Counted from the stretch's first letter, positions 1-10,603 are shown. The stretch is DNA of 64,000 nucleotides from Trebonia sp. (GCA_036501515.1 DASYAD010000395.1:1481-65480); one strand, 5' to 3'. Made by a program: numbers and translations. The notes: a model not told the origin generated them from the sequence alone.

Positions 1-660
1 TTCACCGAGCCGGTCATCGTCAGGGCAGCGGGGGCGCCGTCGGCAGCGGCGGCGGTGCTGCCTCCGACGGAGCGCATGCTCGCTCACGGCAGCGCGAGGG
101 AGGCGGTCGCCTGCGTTCTGCTCAGGGTGGTGGTCTTCGACGGTCTGCCCGCGTCGGGCCCGGCGATCGGCGGGCTCCTGGATCACCTCGCTCCCGTCAT
201 CGAGTGGGAGGCCGGGCACTACGGCCGGCCGGTTAGCGATGCCGAGGCCGAAGAGATCGTGACCGGCCCGGCCTTCGTCACCGGGAGTGCCCTGGTGGAG
301 GCGGTCCGCGCGGTAATCGCCGAGGACCGGATCGCCCCGGTGCTGGAGTTCCTTGAGCCGGTCATGGACGCGGCCCTCGTGCCGCTTGGCCTGCCCGCCG
401 AGCTGACCGGGGCCGCCGTATCGCGGGCCCTGGCCTGCGCGGCGGCGCACACCTACACCTTCACCGATCGGGAGGACACCGCGCTGCTCAACCACTTGGA
501 TCCCGGCAGCACGACATCGGAGAACGCGCTGGAGACGCTGGTCACCGACAAGCTGCTCGCGCCGCGGGATGCGCTCCTGGCCGGCCTGGCGGTGCTCGCG
601 GCCCTCGCCGGGCTCTGCCGGACCAACGCCGCCTCGGCGTTGCCGCCGACTCGCCGGTAG
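1..660 (+). CDS. hypothetical protein, 5'-truncated by window edge
   Basis: Open frame from base 1 in frame with ORF 55..660, GC3-rich codons, no recognisable motif. Confidence 0.6.
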   Translation, partial: FTEPVIVRAAGAPSAAAAVLPPTERMLAHGSAREAVACVLLRVVVFDGLPASGPAIGGLLDHLAPVIEWEAGHYGRPVSDAEAEEIVTGPAFVTGSALVEAVRAVIAEDRIAPVLEFLEPVMDAALVPLGLPAELTGAAVSRALACAAAHTYTFTDREDTALLNHLDPGSTTSENALETLVTDKLLAPRDALLAGLAVLAALAGLCRTNAASALPPTRR

Positions 661-1152
661 TCAGGCTGTCGCGTCGTGGCTGGCGAGGAACAAGGCGAGC
701 TGGTCGACGACGAAGCGGTGATCTTCCAGCTGGGGCAGGCCGGACACGGTAACCGAGCCGACGACGCCTACCCGGCGCACGATGACGGGGAACGACCCGC
801 CGTGGGCCGCGTACCGGGCCGGGTCGAGGCCGGTGCGCTCCTCGAAGGTGGACGCCTCCGCGCGGGCCTTGGTTCCCATGTACAGCGAGCTGTGCCCGAA
901 CCGGTGGACCACGCGTGACTTTCGCTCCACCCAGTCGTCGTTGTCCGGTGACGTTCCCTCCAGCGCCGCGTGGAACAGCCGCTGCCCTCCCCGGATGATC
1001 GACACCACAACTGGCAGGGACGCTTCTCGCGCGGCCGTCACCAGCTGGACGCCAAGGTCCCAGGCGGTAGCGTTGTCGAACGCACTGAAGACAAGGCGCT
1101 GCTCCTGCGCCGCAAGTTCCGCGAGGTCCTGAGCGTCTGAGGGAAGCGTCAT
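661..1152 (-). CDS. heme-degrading domain protein (UPF0303 / GlcG-HbpS-like)
   Basis: MTLPSDAQDL start after GAAGGA; motifs FDNATAWDLG, GTSPDNDDWVERK, YAAHGGSFP, VSGLPQLEDH. Confidence 0.85.
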   Translation of the reverse strand: MTLPSDAQDLAELAAQEQRLVFSAFDNATAWDLGVQLVTAAREASLPVVVSIIRGGQRLFHAALEGTSPDNDDWVERKSRVVHRFGHSSLYMGTKARAEASTFEERTGLDPARYAAHGGSFPVIVRRVGVVGSVTVSGLPQLEDHRFVVDQLALFLASHDATA

Positions 1153-1412
1153 GCTGTCCGTTCCTTCTTGTGCTGGCACCGATGAACAGTCGTAGCGGCC
1201 AGTATGCCCGCCCCTTGCGCCGCCTGATCCGCTAGGTAACCCGTGCCGGGATCGCCGCCGCCAGGCGAGCACCGCACAGGCCGCGCCGCTGAAGACAGCC
1301 AGGCTGGGGTGGCGGTGGAGCAACGCCTCCGTTATGGATGACTCTTTCGATTTATCGGAACGGGAGCGGCTGACAGCCGCACCCCGGCTGAACCCGCGGA
1401 CGTACGGGGCGG

Positions 1413-2636
1413 TCAATCAGCGGCGATGCCACTGCTCGCGCGCAGGCCCGGGGCGCGACCAGCGGCTCCGGCCTGCTCCGCCGTCACCAGCTCCGGCTGC
1501 CGTCCGCTCACGGCGATGTCCTCAGCAGGACCGGCCGTCGACCGGGGCCTCCAGGTGGCCCAGGGCTGCCGCTGGCGGCCGGTGAGCGGGACGGCCAGCG
1601 GGGTCCTGGCGAGGACGCTGGTCAAGGCGACGCCGGCCAGGAAGACGAGCAGGACGGTGGCCGCGCAGAGCAGTGGCCACCACACCACGGAATCCAACTT
1701 GGCCCAGCCCGTCCAGATCAGGATGTTGATGAACAGCATCTGGGACAGGTAGACGCCGTAGGAGTTATCCGAGCCCGAGCGCACCGCGGCCCGCAGCCGC
1801 CGCGAGCGCTCCGGCTTCACCAGGTACACGCCCAGCAGGTACAGGCAGGCGATGGCGCCGAGGGTGAACGGGATCACGCTCGGCTGGAACGGGTCGTTAC
1901 CTGAGCCCAGGGCGGTCGTGACGCCCTTTTCGGCCAGGAAGTAGACGGCCTCCGCGAAGAGTGCCGCCGCCACGGTCAGCGCTATGACCAGGCGCACGTG
2001 CCGGATCAGCCACTCATTCACCGCCTCGAGGTGGAACGCCGCGATACTTCCGGCGATGAGGTAGAACGCGTAGGGCGTGAACTCCCGTATCCAGCCGTCG
2101 CGGAGCACGGGAAAGATCGACCAGTGCATCAGGGTCATGAGCGCCACGTGTCCCAGCAGGGCGATGACGAAGATAGCGCCATGATGACCGCGGGTCCGCC
2201 GCAGGAACATCATGAGAAGCGGGAACACCAGGTAGTACTGCATGATGATGACCAGGAAGTAGAGCTGGTAGTACCCGGTCGCCAGCTCTTCGGCGAACTT
2301 CTCCAGGGCTACGGCCGCGCTCGCATAGTGCGCGGTGGGCAGCAGGAAGAAGAAATAGATGACGCTCCAGCACAGGTAAGGGATAACGACCGCGAGGAAC
2401 CGGCGCCCGTAGAAGCGGCGCAGGCCGCTGCTGTCGATATCCATGTAGGCGTAGGTCAGCATGCACGCGGAGATGAAGAAGAATCCCTCACGGGAAAAGT
2501 GCGTCAGCAGCATGACGGCGTTCGTGCTCACGATGGCGGCCGCCGGCACGAAGTAGGTGAGCACGTGGGTGCTGATCACGCCGGCCTGCTTCATCGGCCG
2601 CATGGCGTCGACCTGGTCGAGCCGCTGGCGTGGCAT
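1413..2636 (-). CDS. acyltransferase-3 family membrane protein
   Basis: RLDQVDAMR start, FFFISACML, IPYLCWS, YYQLYFL motifs, many hydrophobic segments. Confidence 0.8.
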   Translation of the reverse strand: MPRQRLDQVDAMRPMKQAGVISTHVLTYFVPAAAIVSTNAVMLLTHFSREGFFFISACMLTYAYMDIDSSGLRRFYGRRFLAVVIPYLCWSVIYFFFLLPTAHYASAAVALEKFAEELATGYYQLYFLVIIMQYYLVFPLLMMFLRRTRGHHGAIFVIALLGHVALMTLMHWSIFPVLRDGWIREFTPYAFYLIAGSIAAFHLEAVNEWLIRHVRLVIALTVAAALFAEAVYFLAEKGVTTALGSGNDPFQPSVIPFTLGAIACLYLLGVYLVKPERSRRLRAAVRSGSDNSYGVYLSQMLFINILIWTGWAKLDSVVWWPLLCAATVLLVFLAGVALTSVLARTPLAVPLTGRQRQPWATWRPRSTAGPAEDIAVSGRQPELVTAEQAGAAGRAPGLRASSGIAAD

Positions 2637-2860
2637 CAGGACTCCATGTTCAGGCCGCGCAAACGGGTCGCGCACTACAGAAGCTGGCCGGCACCGGGAG
2701 TCGCGTAGTCATGACATCGATGCTGGTACCCGGACATCAAGCCAGCCTCCAGGGCACCTGACAACCCCGTATAAATATCGTGAGCGTGAGCAAAGCGGGC
2801 ACTGGGTGCTGGTGGCCGACGATGCGTGTGTCAGTGCATTCTGTTGGTACGTACACGGAC

Positions 2861-2896
2861 CGTGTGGCTGGCACGTCAACGTGCCAGCACCACACG
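2861..2896. repeat. inverted repeat/hairpin at 5' breakpoint of P450 remnant
   Basis: GCTGGCACGT-CA-ACGTGCCAGC core with outer CGTGTGG/CCACACG arms. Confidence 0.7.
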
Positions 2897-3631
2897 CGGT
2901 ACCGCAGGCTGGTCACCCGGGTCTTCACGGTGCGCGCGGTTGAGCGGCTCCGGGTGCGGACGGAGGCGATCGCCGCCGAACTGCTCGACGCGCTTGACCC
3001 GTCGGCGCCCGCCGACCTGATCCCCGCGTACTGCGCGCAGCTGCCGCTCAGGGTTATCACCGAGATCCTCGGTGTGCCGCCCGCGGAGCGCGACCAGGTA
3101 CTGGAGCTCGGGACCCGCGCCGCGCCCAGCCTTGACTTCGCGCTCAGCCGGCGGCAGTTCCAGGCCGTCACCGCGGGGCTGCGCGACTTCGCGCGGTGGC
3201 TGGACGCCCACGTCGAGCGGCTTCGCCGCGACCCGGGCGAGGACCTGCTGAGCCAGCTGATCGAAGCCCGCGACGAAGACAGTGCCCTGGACAACCGCGA
3301 GCTCAAGGCGACCGCGGGACTCGTGCCGGCAGCGGGATTCGAGACCACGGTCAACCTGCTGGGAAACGCGATCGCGCTGCTCGACCGGAATCCTGGCCAG
3401 GCCGCCCGGCTGCGCGGGGACGCCGCGCTGTGGCCCAGCACCGTGGACGAAGCGCTCCGGCTCGACCCGCCGGTCCTGCTGACCGGGCGCGTGGCCGCGC
3501 GCGCGACCTCGGTCGCGGGCATCGAACTGCCCGCGGGCGCGCAGGTGGTGACCTTCCTGGCCGGCGCGAACCGCGACCCCACGGTGTTCGCGCACCCCGA
3601 GCGCTTCGACGTGACCAGGGAGAACGCGCGA
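2891..3631 (+). pseudogene. cytochrome P450 remnant truncated at both ends
   Basis: HTRYRRLV, AGFETT, EALR, ERFDVTRENAR present; N-terminus and FxxGxxxCxG heme motif absent. Confidence 0.85.
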
Positions 3632-3759
3632 CCCCGTCAACGTACGGAACGGGAGCGGCTTCAACGTAGTCCCAGACCGCCTCGTCCCGGCCGGCGAACA
3701 GGTCGGCGTCGTTCTCGGTCCCTCGCCAGGCAACCCGCGCACCAGCGTGTCGCAAGCGG

Positions 3760-3860
3760 CTGACGTGAAAGATCATCCTACTGTTATGGAACCTTTTATC
3801 TATGTGGAAATTCTTATGTACCGGGGCACGAAAAATTACCAGAATCTTCTGGCCTGCCAG
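3760..3860. repeat. AT-rich 101-bp dispersed element, copy 1
   Basis: Ungapped alignment to 37297-37397, 78/101 identical by hand count. Confidence 0.85.
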
Positions 3861-3967
3861 CGTGAACCCGTCCTAGCCGACCAGCTGGATCCCGATCTTC
3901 CCTCACTCCTCGACAAGCGCAGCCCCGTCGGCTTCGCGGTCTCAGTACGTAGGGTGGCCCGGCCGTA

Positions 3968-4537
3968 TTAGGCGAGGGTGGACAGGTCGACGTCGACCGG
4001 GAACGGCACGGTCGCTTTTACGAGCCCGGTGTACACGTCGCCGTCCCGGTATCGTCTGCTCGCGGAGTCGAGCAGGTAGGCGTACACGACCGGGATGTGG
4101 GTCGGGGTCAGTTCTACGCGCCAGTAGAAGGGGATGCCGACGCTGGCGTACTGGTCGAGCTTTACGACCCGATCGGTGGTCTCTGACCCTGGTGAGACAA
4201 TTTCCGCCGCTAGCAAGACGTGCTCTGGGCGGGTGGGGGTGATGTCGATGGTGTCGGCCCGGTACACGACGACGTCTGGGCGGCGATTGGTCAGCGGTAC
4301 GTCGTGGAGCCGGACGTCGAAGTCCGTGTCGGCGTTCCAGTCCGGGCCGGCGGCGGCGTCGAGGGCGTTCGCGAGCACCCGGGCGAGCCGGTTATGCCGC
4401 TTAGAGGCGCTCGGGCTCACGACCACCATCCCGTCCACGATCTCAATGCCCGCGCACTGCTCCGCCGACCAGGACTCATATTCCTCAGCCGTGACCTGGG
4501 AGTGCATCCACTGCGGGGCGATCATGTCCACGCCCAT
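3968..4537 (-). CDS. Uma2 (DUF820) family PD-(D/E)XK endonuclease
   Basis: EIVDG..SP..H, RRPDVVVY, AEIVSPGS, KLDQYASVGIPFYWRVE. Confidence 0.9.
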   Translation of the reverse strand: MGVDMIAPQWMHSQVTAEEYESWSAEQCAGIEIVDGMVVVSPSASKRHNRLARVLANALDAAAGPDWNADTDFDVRLHDVPLTNRRPDVVVYRADTIDITPTRPEHVLLAAEIVSPGSETTDRVVKLDQYASVGIPFYWRVELTPTHIPVVYAYLLDSASRRYRDGDVYTGLVKATVPFPVDVDLSTLA

Positions 4538-4636
4538 GCGTTACCCCCTTTGAGCACGCGATAGGCCGCGCAAGCGAGCATTCCTATGCTAGCGCCCCTG
4601 CCTGTCGCTCAGGCCCGCACCGACAGCATTCCGCTG

Positions 4637-5506
4637 TCAGCCGTTGCCGATGCCCCACTCGCCCGCGAGCTCCGCGACCCACGGGCCCGCCACGCCCGGA
4701 TCCGACGGCGGCGCAACGACGACGACAAGCTGCGTCACCCCGGTCCGCGCGAGTTCAGGCAGCAGGTCGGGACTGCCGTCGACGAGCGACACGGCCACGC
4801 TGAGTTCGCTCAGGCACCGCCCCCGCGACTGGCACTCCTGGTCAAGCACGCGAACCCGGCCGGCGACTTCGTCCGCGGCGAGGTTGAAGCCGTACCAGCC
4901 GTCCGCGAACGCGGCGACCCGCCGAAGCGCCGCGTCGCTGTTGCCTCCCGCGACCACCGGGACCCGCCGGCCGCGCACCGGCTTGGGGTTGACCCGCACC
5001 CGGTCGAAGGAGGCGAATTCGCCGCTGAACGAAGCCACGTCATCCGACCACAGCGTCCGCATCGCCGCGACGTACTCGGCCGTGCGCGCCCCGCGCCGGG
5101 CGAACGGGACGCCGAGCGCCGCGAATTCCTCCGCCGACCAGCCGATGCCCACGCCCAGGGTCAGCCGTCCGGCCGAGAGCACGTCGAGCGTCGCGGCTTG
5201 CTTCGCCAGCAGGACCGGGTTGTGTTCAGGAAGCAGCAGTACGCCCGTCGCCAGCCCGATCCGGCTGGTCACGGCGGCGGCAAAGCTCAGGCCAGTGAGC
5301 GGATCGAGCCAGTCCGCGTCGGCCGGAACGGCGATCCGGCCGTCGGGGGAGTAGGGGTACCGGGATCCTGGCTCGTCGACCAGGACCACGTGTTCTCCCC
5401 ACCACAAAGTGGCGAACCCGCCGGCCTCGGCCGCCGTCGCGACCGCCCGGATGACATCAGGACGAGCGCCGGCACCGATCCCCAGCGCGTGGAGCCCCAC
5501 TTGCAT
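4637..5506 (-). CDS. LLM-class F420-dependent oxidoreductase
   Basis: MQVGLHALG start after GGAGGA; GEHVV, LDVLSAGRLTLGVGIGW, PKP motifs. Confidence 0.88.
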   Translation of the reverse strand: MQVGLHALGIGAGARPDVIRAVATAAEAGGFATLWWGEHVVLVDEPGSRYPYSPDGRIAVPADADWLDPLTGLSFAAAVTSRIGLATGVLLLPEHNPVLLAKQAATLDVLSAGRLTLGVGIGWSAEEFAALGVPFARRGARTAEYVAAMRTLWSDDVASFSGEFASFDRVRVNPKPVRGRRVPVVAGGNSDAALRRVAAFADGWYGFNLAADEVAGRVRVLDQECQSRGRCLSELSVAVSLVDGSPDLLPELARTGVTQLVVVVAPPSDPGVAGPWVAELAGEWGIGNG

Positions 5507-5825
5507 ATGTCCTCCGGCGGCGATCGGCGATCGGCCATCACACCTGACCCTCGTTGCGGTTATCCCCGTGTCGCCGGCCGCCACGCACGGCTGCCCTGAG
5601 GTAGCCGAGGCGGGTAAGTACTCCAGTGGCTGGTGTGTCCGTCCGCCCGGCGATGACAACGAATGGCGAAGGCTAAGGCTTCGCCCTGTCAGGTGCGTAA
5701 CGGCGTAGAAACAAAGGCGTTCGCCGCATCCGCCCGCACGGAACGGAGGAATCAGACGCAGCGGCCCGCAGACGCGAAGGCCCCGCCGCTGCCGTACCTG
5801 GCACTTTTCACAGATAGGAAGCCTC

Positions 5826-6416
5826 ACGAAATCGCCGGAAAGAAGATCCCCAGACCCCGGAGTCCCCGGCATCGGCCGTCGCGCGTTTCTCGGCGCCTCA
5901 GCGGCCGCGGCGGTCGGAGCCGCCGTGTTCGAAGGCGTGGTCCCCGGGAGCCAGGCGGCTACCCTGCCGTCGCACTCGGAACCGGACAAGCCAGTACCGA
6001 CCGAGTCGGGCTGGGTCACCGGGACCGTGTCCGCGCTGGCCGGAGTGAGCGTCTACAAAGGCATCCCCTACGCCGGCTCAGTCGCCGGAAGCAACCGCTT
6101 CGCGCCGCCGCCCCCGGCCCCGTCCTGGAGCGGCGTCCGCAAGGCGGACACCTGGGGGCCGGCCTGCCCGCAGCCGGTGCAGGGGATCCCGCGGACCAGG
6201 TCACGGCGCTGAGCGAGGAGCACTGCCTCAACCTGAACGTGTGGACCGGCGCGGCGACAGGCGAGCGTCGTCCGGCCCTATTGGCCCGCCCTTCGACCCG
6301 GCTCGCCCAGGGTCATGGAAGTCGGTGACGCGTTCCGGCCCGTCCCGGCGGCCGACTCCCCGGCTAAGTACCAGTTCATCAAGCGCTGGCTGGAGTCCCA
6401 GACCGTGGACTGGTAG
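5826..6416 (+). pseudogene. Tat-exported type-B carboxylesterase pseudogene (ACG in place of start, frameshift, large internal deletion)
   Basis: GRRAFL Tat motif; YKGIPYA..RFAPP..GPACPQ; frameshifted SEEHCLNLNVWT; then directly C-terminal YWPA..VMEVGD..W*. Confidence 0.8.
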
Positions 6417-6550
6417 CCCGGCGCCCGTCAGTCCGACCGTCCCGGGGGACCGTACCGCGAAGCCCCGGGACGGTGACGCCGGCGTTGACGTGCCGGGACG
6501 ACCGAATGCAGGTTGGTGCTGGCAGAGCAGGCGTCCGTAAGCTAATCAGC

Positions 6551-7528
6551 GTGGACCCGAAGTGGGCGTTGCGTCAGATCGCGTTCCAGCTCGAGCGGTC
6601 GGGCGCGCCGACGTACCGGGTACGCGCGTTCCGCCGCGCCGCCGAAGTCGTCGCCGCCTTGAGCCCGGACGAACTGACCGAACGGGTCGCGGCCGGGACG
6701 CTGCGGGAACTGTCAGGGATCGGCGAGGTGACCGCGCAGGTGATCGCGCAAGCGGTGGCGGGGGAGGAGCCGGACTACCTGACCCGGCTGCTGGGCGAAG
6801 GGCCGCTTGCCCCGCCGTCGGCGCTGCGGGCCGCGATGCGCGGCGACTGCCACACGCACTCGGACTGGTCCGACGGCGGCAGCCCGCCGCTGGAGATGGC
6901 GCTGGCCGCGCGCGACCTGGGACACGAGTGGGTCGCGCTCACCGATCATTCGCCGAGGCTGACCGTGGCCAACGGGCTGTCCGCGGACCGCCTGCGGGTA
7001 CAGCTCGCGCTGATCGGCGAGCTGAACGCCACCCTGGCGCCGTTCCGGATCTTGTCGGGGATCGAGGTGGACATCCTCGACGACGGCTCGCTCGACCAGG
7101 CCGGCGAACTGCTCGGGCAGCTCGACGTCGTGGTCGCGAGCGTGCACTCCAAGCTGCGGATGGACGCCGGGCCGATGACCGCGCGAATGATCGCCGCGGT
7201 CCGCAACCCGCACACCGACGTGCTTGGTCACTGCACCGGGCGGATCATCACCGGCCGCGGCCGGCCGCAGTCCCAGTTCGACGCCGAGGCGGTGTTCGCC
7301 GCCTGCCGCGAGTCCGGTGTCGCGGTCGAGATCAACTGCCGCCCCGAGCGCCAGGACCCGCCCGACGACCTGCTCCGCCTGGCGGTGGAGACCGGCTGCG
7401 TGTTCGCGATCGACACCGACGCGCACGCGCCCGGTCAGCTTGACTGGCTCGACGGCGGCTGCGTGCGCGCGGAGTCGTTCGGCATCGGCCCCGACCGGGT
7501 GATCAACACGCGCAGCCGCGCCGGCTAA
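6551..7528 (+). CDS. HhH-PHP domain protein (PolX-related, no polymerase core)
   Basis: YRVRAFRRAA and LSGIGEVT HhH; GDCHTHSDWSDG, TDHS, DTDAH PHP motifs. Confidence 0.88.
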   Translation: MDPKWALRQIAFQLERSGAPTYRVRAFRRAAEVVAALSPDELTERVAAGTLRELSGIGEVTAQVIAQAVAGEEPDYLTRLLGEGPLAPPSALRAAMRGDCHTHSDWSDGGSPPLEMALAARDLGHEWVALTDHSPRLTVANGLSADRLRVQLALIGELNATLAPFRILSGIEVDILDDGSLDQAGELLGQLDVVVASVHSKLRMDAGPMTARMIAAVRNPHTDVLGHCTGRIITGRGRPQSQFDAEAVFAACRESGVAVEINCRPERQDPPDDLLRLAVETGCVFAIDTDAHAPGQLDWLDGGCVRAESFGIGPDRVINTRSRAG

Positions 7529-7532
7529 ACTG

Positions 7533-8450
7533 CTAGCTTCCCGCGATGACCTTTTTCAGCAGGCTCCTGGTCCGATCCCGGTCCTGGCCGCGGGCGAACT
7601 CGGCCGCCACGAAGTCGGTCACCCCGGCCGCGGCGAGCGCCGCGATCTGCGCGCTGACCGCGTCCTCGTCCCCGACGACGGCGACGTCGCCCGGGCCGGC
7701 CGCGCCTTCCCTGTCCAGCATCGCCCGGTAGGACGGCAGCTGCCCGTAGATGGCGAACACCTCCGCCGCGCTGGCCCGGGCCGCCGCCGGGTCGCTGGTC
7801 ACGGCGACCGGCAGGCAGCAGACGATCCGCGGCGCGGGCCTGCCCGCCGCGGCGGCCGCGGCCGAGATCGCCGGGACCACGTAGTCGCGGACGGTCGCGG
7901 TGCCGGTCATCCACAGAACGGTGCCGTCGGTCTGCGCCCCCGCCAGCTCGAGCATGCGCGGCGCCAGCGCGGCCAGCAGCACCGGCACCTTGCCGGCCTT
8001 GGGCACGGACAGGCCGATGTGCGCGCTCAGCGTGCTGCCGTCCACGTGGGCCGGGCTGCCGTCAAGCAGCGGCAGCAGCGCCGACAGGTACTCGCGCATG
8101 TGCCGGGCCGGCTTCTCGAAGCTGTACCCGTACATGTCTTCGATGACGATCTTGTGCGACAGGCCGATGCCGAGGGACAGCCGGCCGGAACCGACCGCGA
8201 GCGCCGCGGTCAGCGCCTGCTGCGCCAGCACGGCCGGATGACGCGGGTAGGTGGGAACGACGGCCGTGCCGAGCTCGATGCCCGGCACGCGGTTCCCGGC
8301 AACTGCCAGCGCGGTGAGCGCGTCGAACCCGAAGACGTTCGAGAGCCAGACCGACGCCAGCCCGTCGTCCGCCGCCCGGCGCACGTCGTCGCTCAGCCTG
8401 GTCAGCGCCTGGTCCCCGCCGGTCTCCGTCGCCAGGATGCCGATCCGCAT
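7533..8450 (-). CDS. LLM-class F420-dependent oxidoreductase (TIGR03564-like)
   Basis: ELGTAVVPTYPRHP, LGIGLSH, AALAPRML, LPSYRAMLDREG. Confidence 0.88.
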   Translation of the reverse strand: MRIGILATETGGDQALTRLSDDVRRAADDGLASVWLSNVFGFDALTALAVAGNRVPGIELGTAVVPTYPRHPAVLAQQALTAALAVGSGRLSLGIGLSHKIVIEDMYGYSFEKPARHMREYLSALLPLLDGSPAHVDGSTLSAHIGLSVPKAGKVPVLLAALAPRMLELAGAQTDGTVLWMTGTATVRDYVVPAISAAAAAAGRPAPRIVCCLPVAVTSDPAAARASAAEVFAIYGQLPSYRAMLDREGAAGPGDVAVVGDEDAVSAQIAALAAAGVTDFVAAEFARGQDRDRTRSLLKKVIAGS

Positions 8451-8555
8451 GTGTTCCCTCCGTCCGCGGCCGGCGGATCACCCGCCGGTCCGACATCTGA
8501 TCTTGCGGCCGAACGCCGTCCCGCGCAAGCTCGACGCCCTGGACGCCTCAAAAGG

Positions 8556-10400
8556 CTACTGAGCGGGCCGGAAGGTGCTCGAGAAAACCTGGAAGTAGTG
8601 ATAGTCCGCGGCCCAGTCGCTTTCTGGCGTCGACCAGTAGAGCGCGTACGCGTGATGCGCGTTAGCCAGCACGTTCCGATTCAGGATATGCACCAGGACG
8701 CCGCTCCTGTCGTACGTGAACTCCCAGTCCGCGGCCTTTTCGGCTTGCGGGTAGTCGACGGATTGAAGGCGAATAAGGTGGTAGTCCGGGTATGTTCCCG
8801 CCCGGTTGGCTGCCTGCTGCTGCCAGTCGGCGAGCGGGTCCGGATTGGGCGTATCGGACTGGTCGATCAGCAGGAAAATCCCGCTGTTGGCCGGGTCGGT
8901 AATGTAAACGTAGTGGCCCACGTGGGAGATCAGCCAGCCGTGGGGGACACCGATCGAGAAACCAGTGGAGTTCGTAAAGCGGTAATAGCCCGCGGCGAGC
9001 ACCGCGTTTCCGCCCGCCGACGATCCCGGGGCAGACGATGCCGGGGCGCCGGCGGCGGTGCTGGCCGGGCTGCTCTCCGCCGCCGACCCGGAAGACCCGG
9101 AAGACCCGGAAGAGCCGGAAGAGCCGGAAGTTCCAGGGGACGCGGACGTGGGCGGCGTGGAGGCCGCGGGTGCGCTCGCCGAAGCACCACGCGTGGCAGT
9201 GGCCGAGCCGGCCGCGGGCGACGCGGACGGCTGACCCGGCGAACTGGTCAGCACAAGCGCGATGGCGGTGACGGTCCCGGCGACGGCGGCCAGTGCGGCC
9301 ACCGCGAACGCCGGCCGCCGGGACCGGCGCGGACGACCGTCAGCGGTCGTCGCCGCCAGGACAGGAACCTCGGCCGGCCCCTCAATGTCTGGAGACGCGA
9401 CTGCCTCAGGTTCGGTCGGCGGCGCCGCCGACGCAGCGGCGATCGCCGTCGGAAACACCGCGCCCGGAGCCGCGTCCGTCCCCTCGGCGTCCCGATCCGC
9501 CGCCTCATCCTCTTCCTCGCCGGCTGGCGTCGCTGACTCATCTGGCGTCGCTGACTCATCGGCTGGCGCCGCTGACGGCTGGTCAGCGACCTCGCGGAGC
9601 ATTCGCTCGGTCTCCGCCGCGTCCAGTCGTTCGTCGGGGTCCTTGACGAGCAGCCCGGCGATCACCGGCCACAGCGGTCCCGCGTGGACGGCCTTCTCAG
9701 GCTCGTCCACCACCACCGCGGTCAGGGTCGCGAGGGCGGCGTTCCGCTCGAACGGCGGGCGCCCTTCCACCGCCGCGTACAGGCAGGCGCCGAGCCCCCA
9801 CAGATCTCCGGCCGGGCCCGACTGCCCGCCGCGCGCCCGTTCCGGTGCGATGTAAGACGGCGACCCGATCAGCGCGCCCTGGGCGGTGAGGGTCGGGCTG
9901 CCGACGGACCGGGCAATGCCGAAGTCCGTGAGCACCACCCGCCCGTCGGCCCCCACCAGGATGTTCGCCGGCTTGACGTCCCGATGCAGCACGCCCTCCG
10001 CGTGCGCGGCGTGCAGGGCCGCGAGAACTCCGAGGCCGACCCGCGCCGCCCGCACCGGGGTAAGCGGCCCTTCGGTGTCCAGCAGATCGCGCAGCGACTG
10101 GTACGGAAGGAGCTCCATAATGATCCACGGGTGGCCGTCCTCTTCGAGGATGTCGTAAATGCGGACCACGTTGTGGTGGGCGAGGCGCCCGGCCATCTGA
10201 GCTTCCCTGACAGCCCGGCGGCAGGCGGTCTGCTGCTCGGCCTCGCTGAAGTGCGGCGGCCAGACGAGCTCCTTCACCGCCACGTCACGCTCGAGCAGCT
10301 CGTCGCGAGCCTGCCAGACGACGCCCATCCCGCCCCGGCCGACGACGCTGTCGAGCCGGTAGCGACCAGACAGCACGCGTCCCGGCTCAGCCAATTCCAT
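8556..10400 (-). CDS. membrane Ser/Thr protein kinase with extracellular domain
   Basis: GRGGMGVVW, VAVK, HRDVKPANIL, DFGIA, APE; TM helix and Ser/Gly-rich linker. Confidence 0.95.
   Translation of the reverse strand: MELAEPGRVLSGRYRLDSVVGRGGMGVVWQARDELLERDVAVKELVWPPHFSEAEQQTACRRAVREAQMAGRLAHHNVVRIYDILEEDGHPWIIMELLPYQSLRDLLDTEGPLTPVRAARVGLGVLAALHAAHAEGVLHRDVKPANILVGADGRVVLTDFGIARSVGSPTLTAQGALIGSPSYIAPERARGGQSGPAGDLWGLGACLYAAVEGRPPFERNAALATLTAVVVDEPEKAVHAGPLWPVIAGLLVKDPDERLDAAETERMLREVADQPSAAPADESATPDESATPAGEEEDEAADRDAEGTDAAPGAVFPTAIAAASAAPPTEPEAVASPDIEGPAEVPVLAATTADGRPRRSRRPAFAVAALAAVAGTVTAIALVLTSSPGQPSASPAAGSATATRGASASAPAASTPPTSASPGTSGSSGSSGSSGSSGSAAESSPASTAAGAPASSAPGSSAGGNAVLAAGYYRFTNSTGFSIGVPHGWLISHVGHYVYITDPANSGIFLLIDQSDTPNPDPLADWQQQAANRAGTYPDYHLIRLQSVDYPQAEKAADWEFTYDRSGVLVHILNRNVLANAHHAYALYWSTPESDWAADYHYFQVFSSTFRPAQ
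9085..9129. repeat. 9-bp coding tandem repeat x5 (SGS linker of kinase)
   Basis: GACCCGGAA x3 + GAGCCGGAA x2. Confidence 0.85.
9524..9559. repeat. 18-bp coding tandem repeat x2 (DESATP)
   Basis: CTGGCGTCGCTGACTCAT twice. Confidence 0.85.
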
Positions 10401-10603
10401 GGCGCCCGCTTACCCAGCAGCCGGGACGGCTAACGATTTGGCGGGAAATATGCGAATAGAAATGACTGCGAACAGCGATCACCGGCCGTGCGGCTCCGGC
10501 CGTCAAGAAAACGCCGGGACACGCTGATGCTATTGGGGCACCGGTCGCCCGGCGGTGCCGCCGCTGTGGTAGGCCAGAGGTTCCGCCGTCAGCGAGGGGG
10601 AGC

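Noticed and set aside
3968-4537. Uma2 nuclease as a defence system
   Set aside because: Solitary member of a family widespread in actinobacteria, with no partner genes
5560-5820. Hairpins (e.g. GGCGAAG/CTTCGCC) as a riboswitch or sRNA
   Set aside because: No recognisable aptamer consensus; short GC stems are expected by chance
6551-7528. Functional DNA polymerase X
   Set aside because: Nucleotidyltransferase core absent; HhH-PHP proteins are a common actinobacterial family
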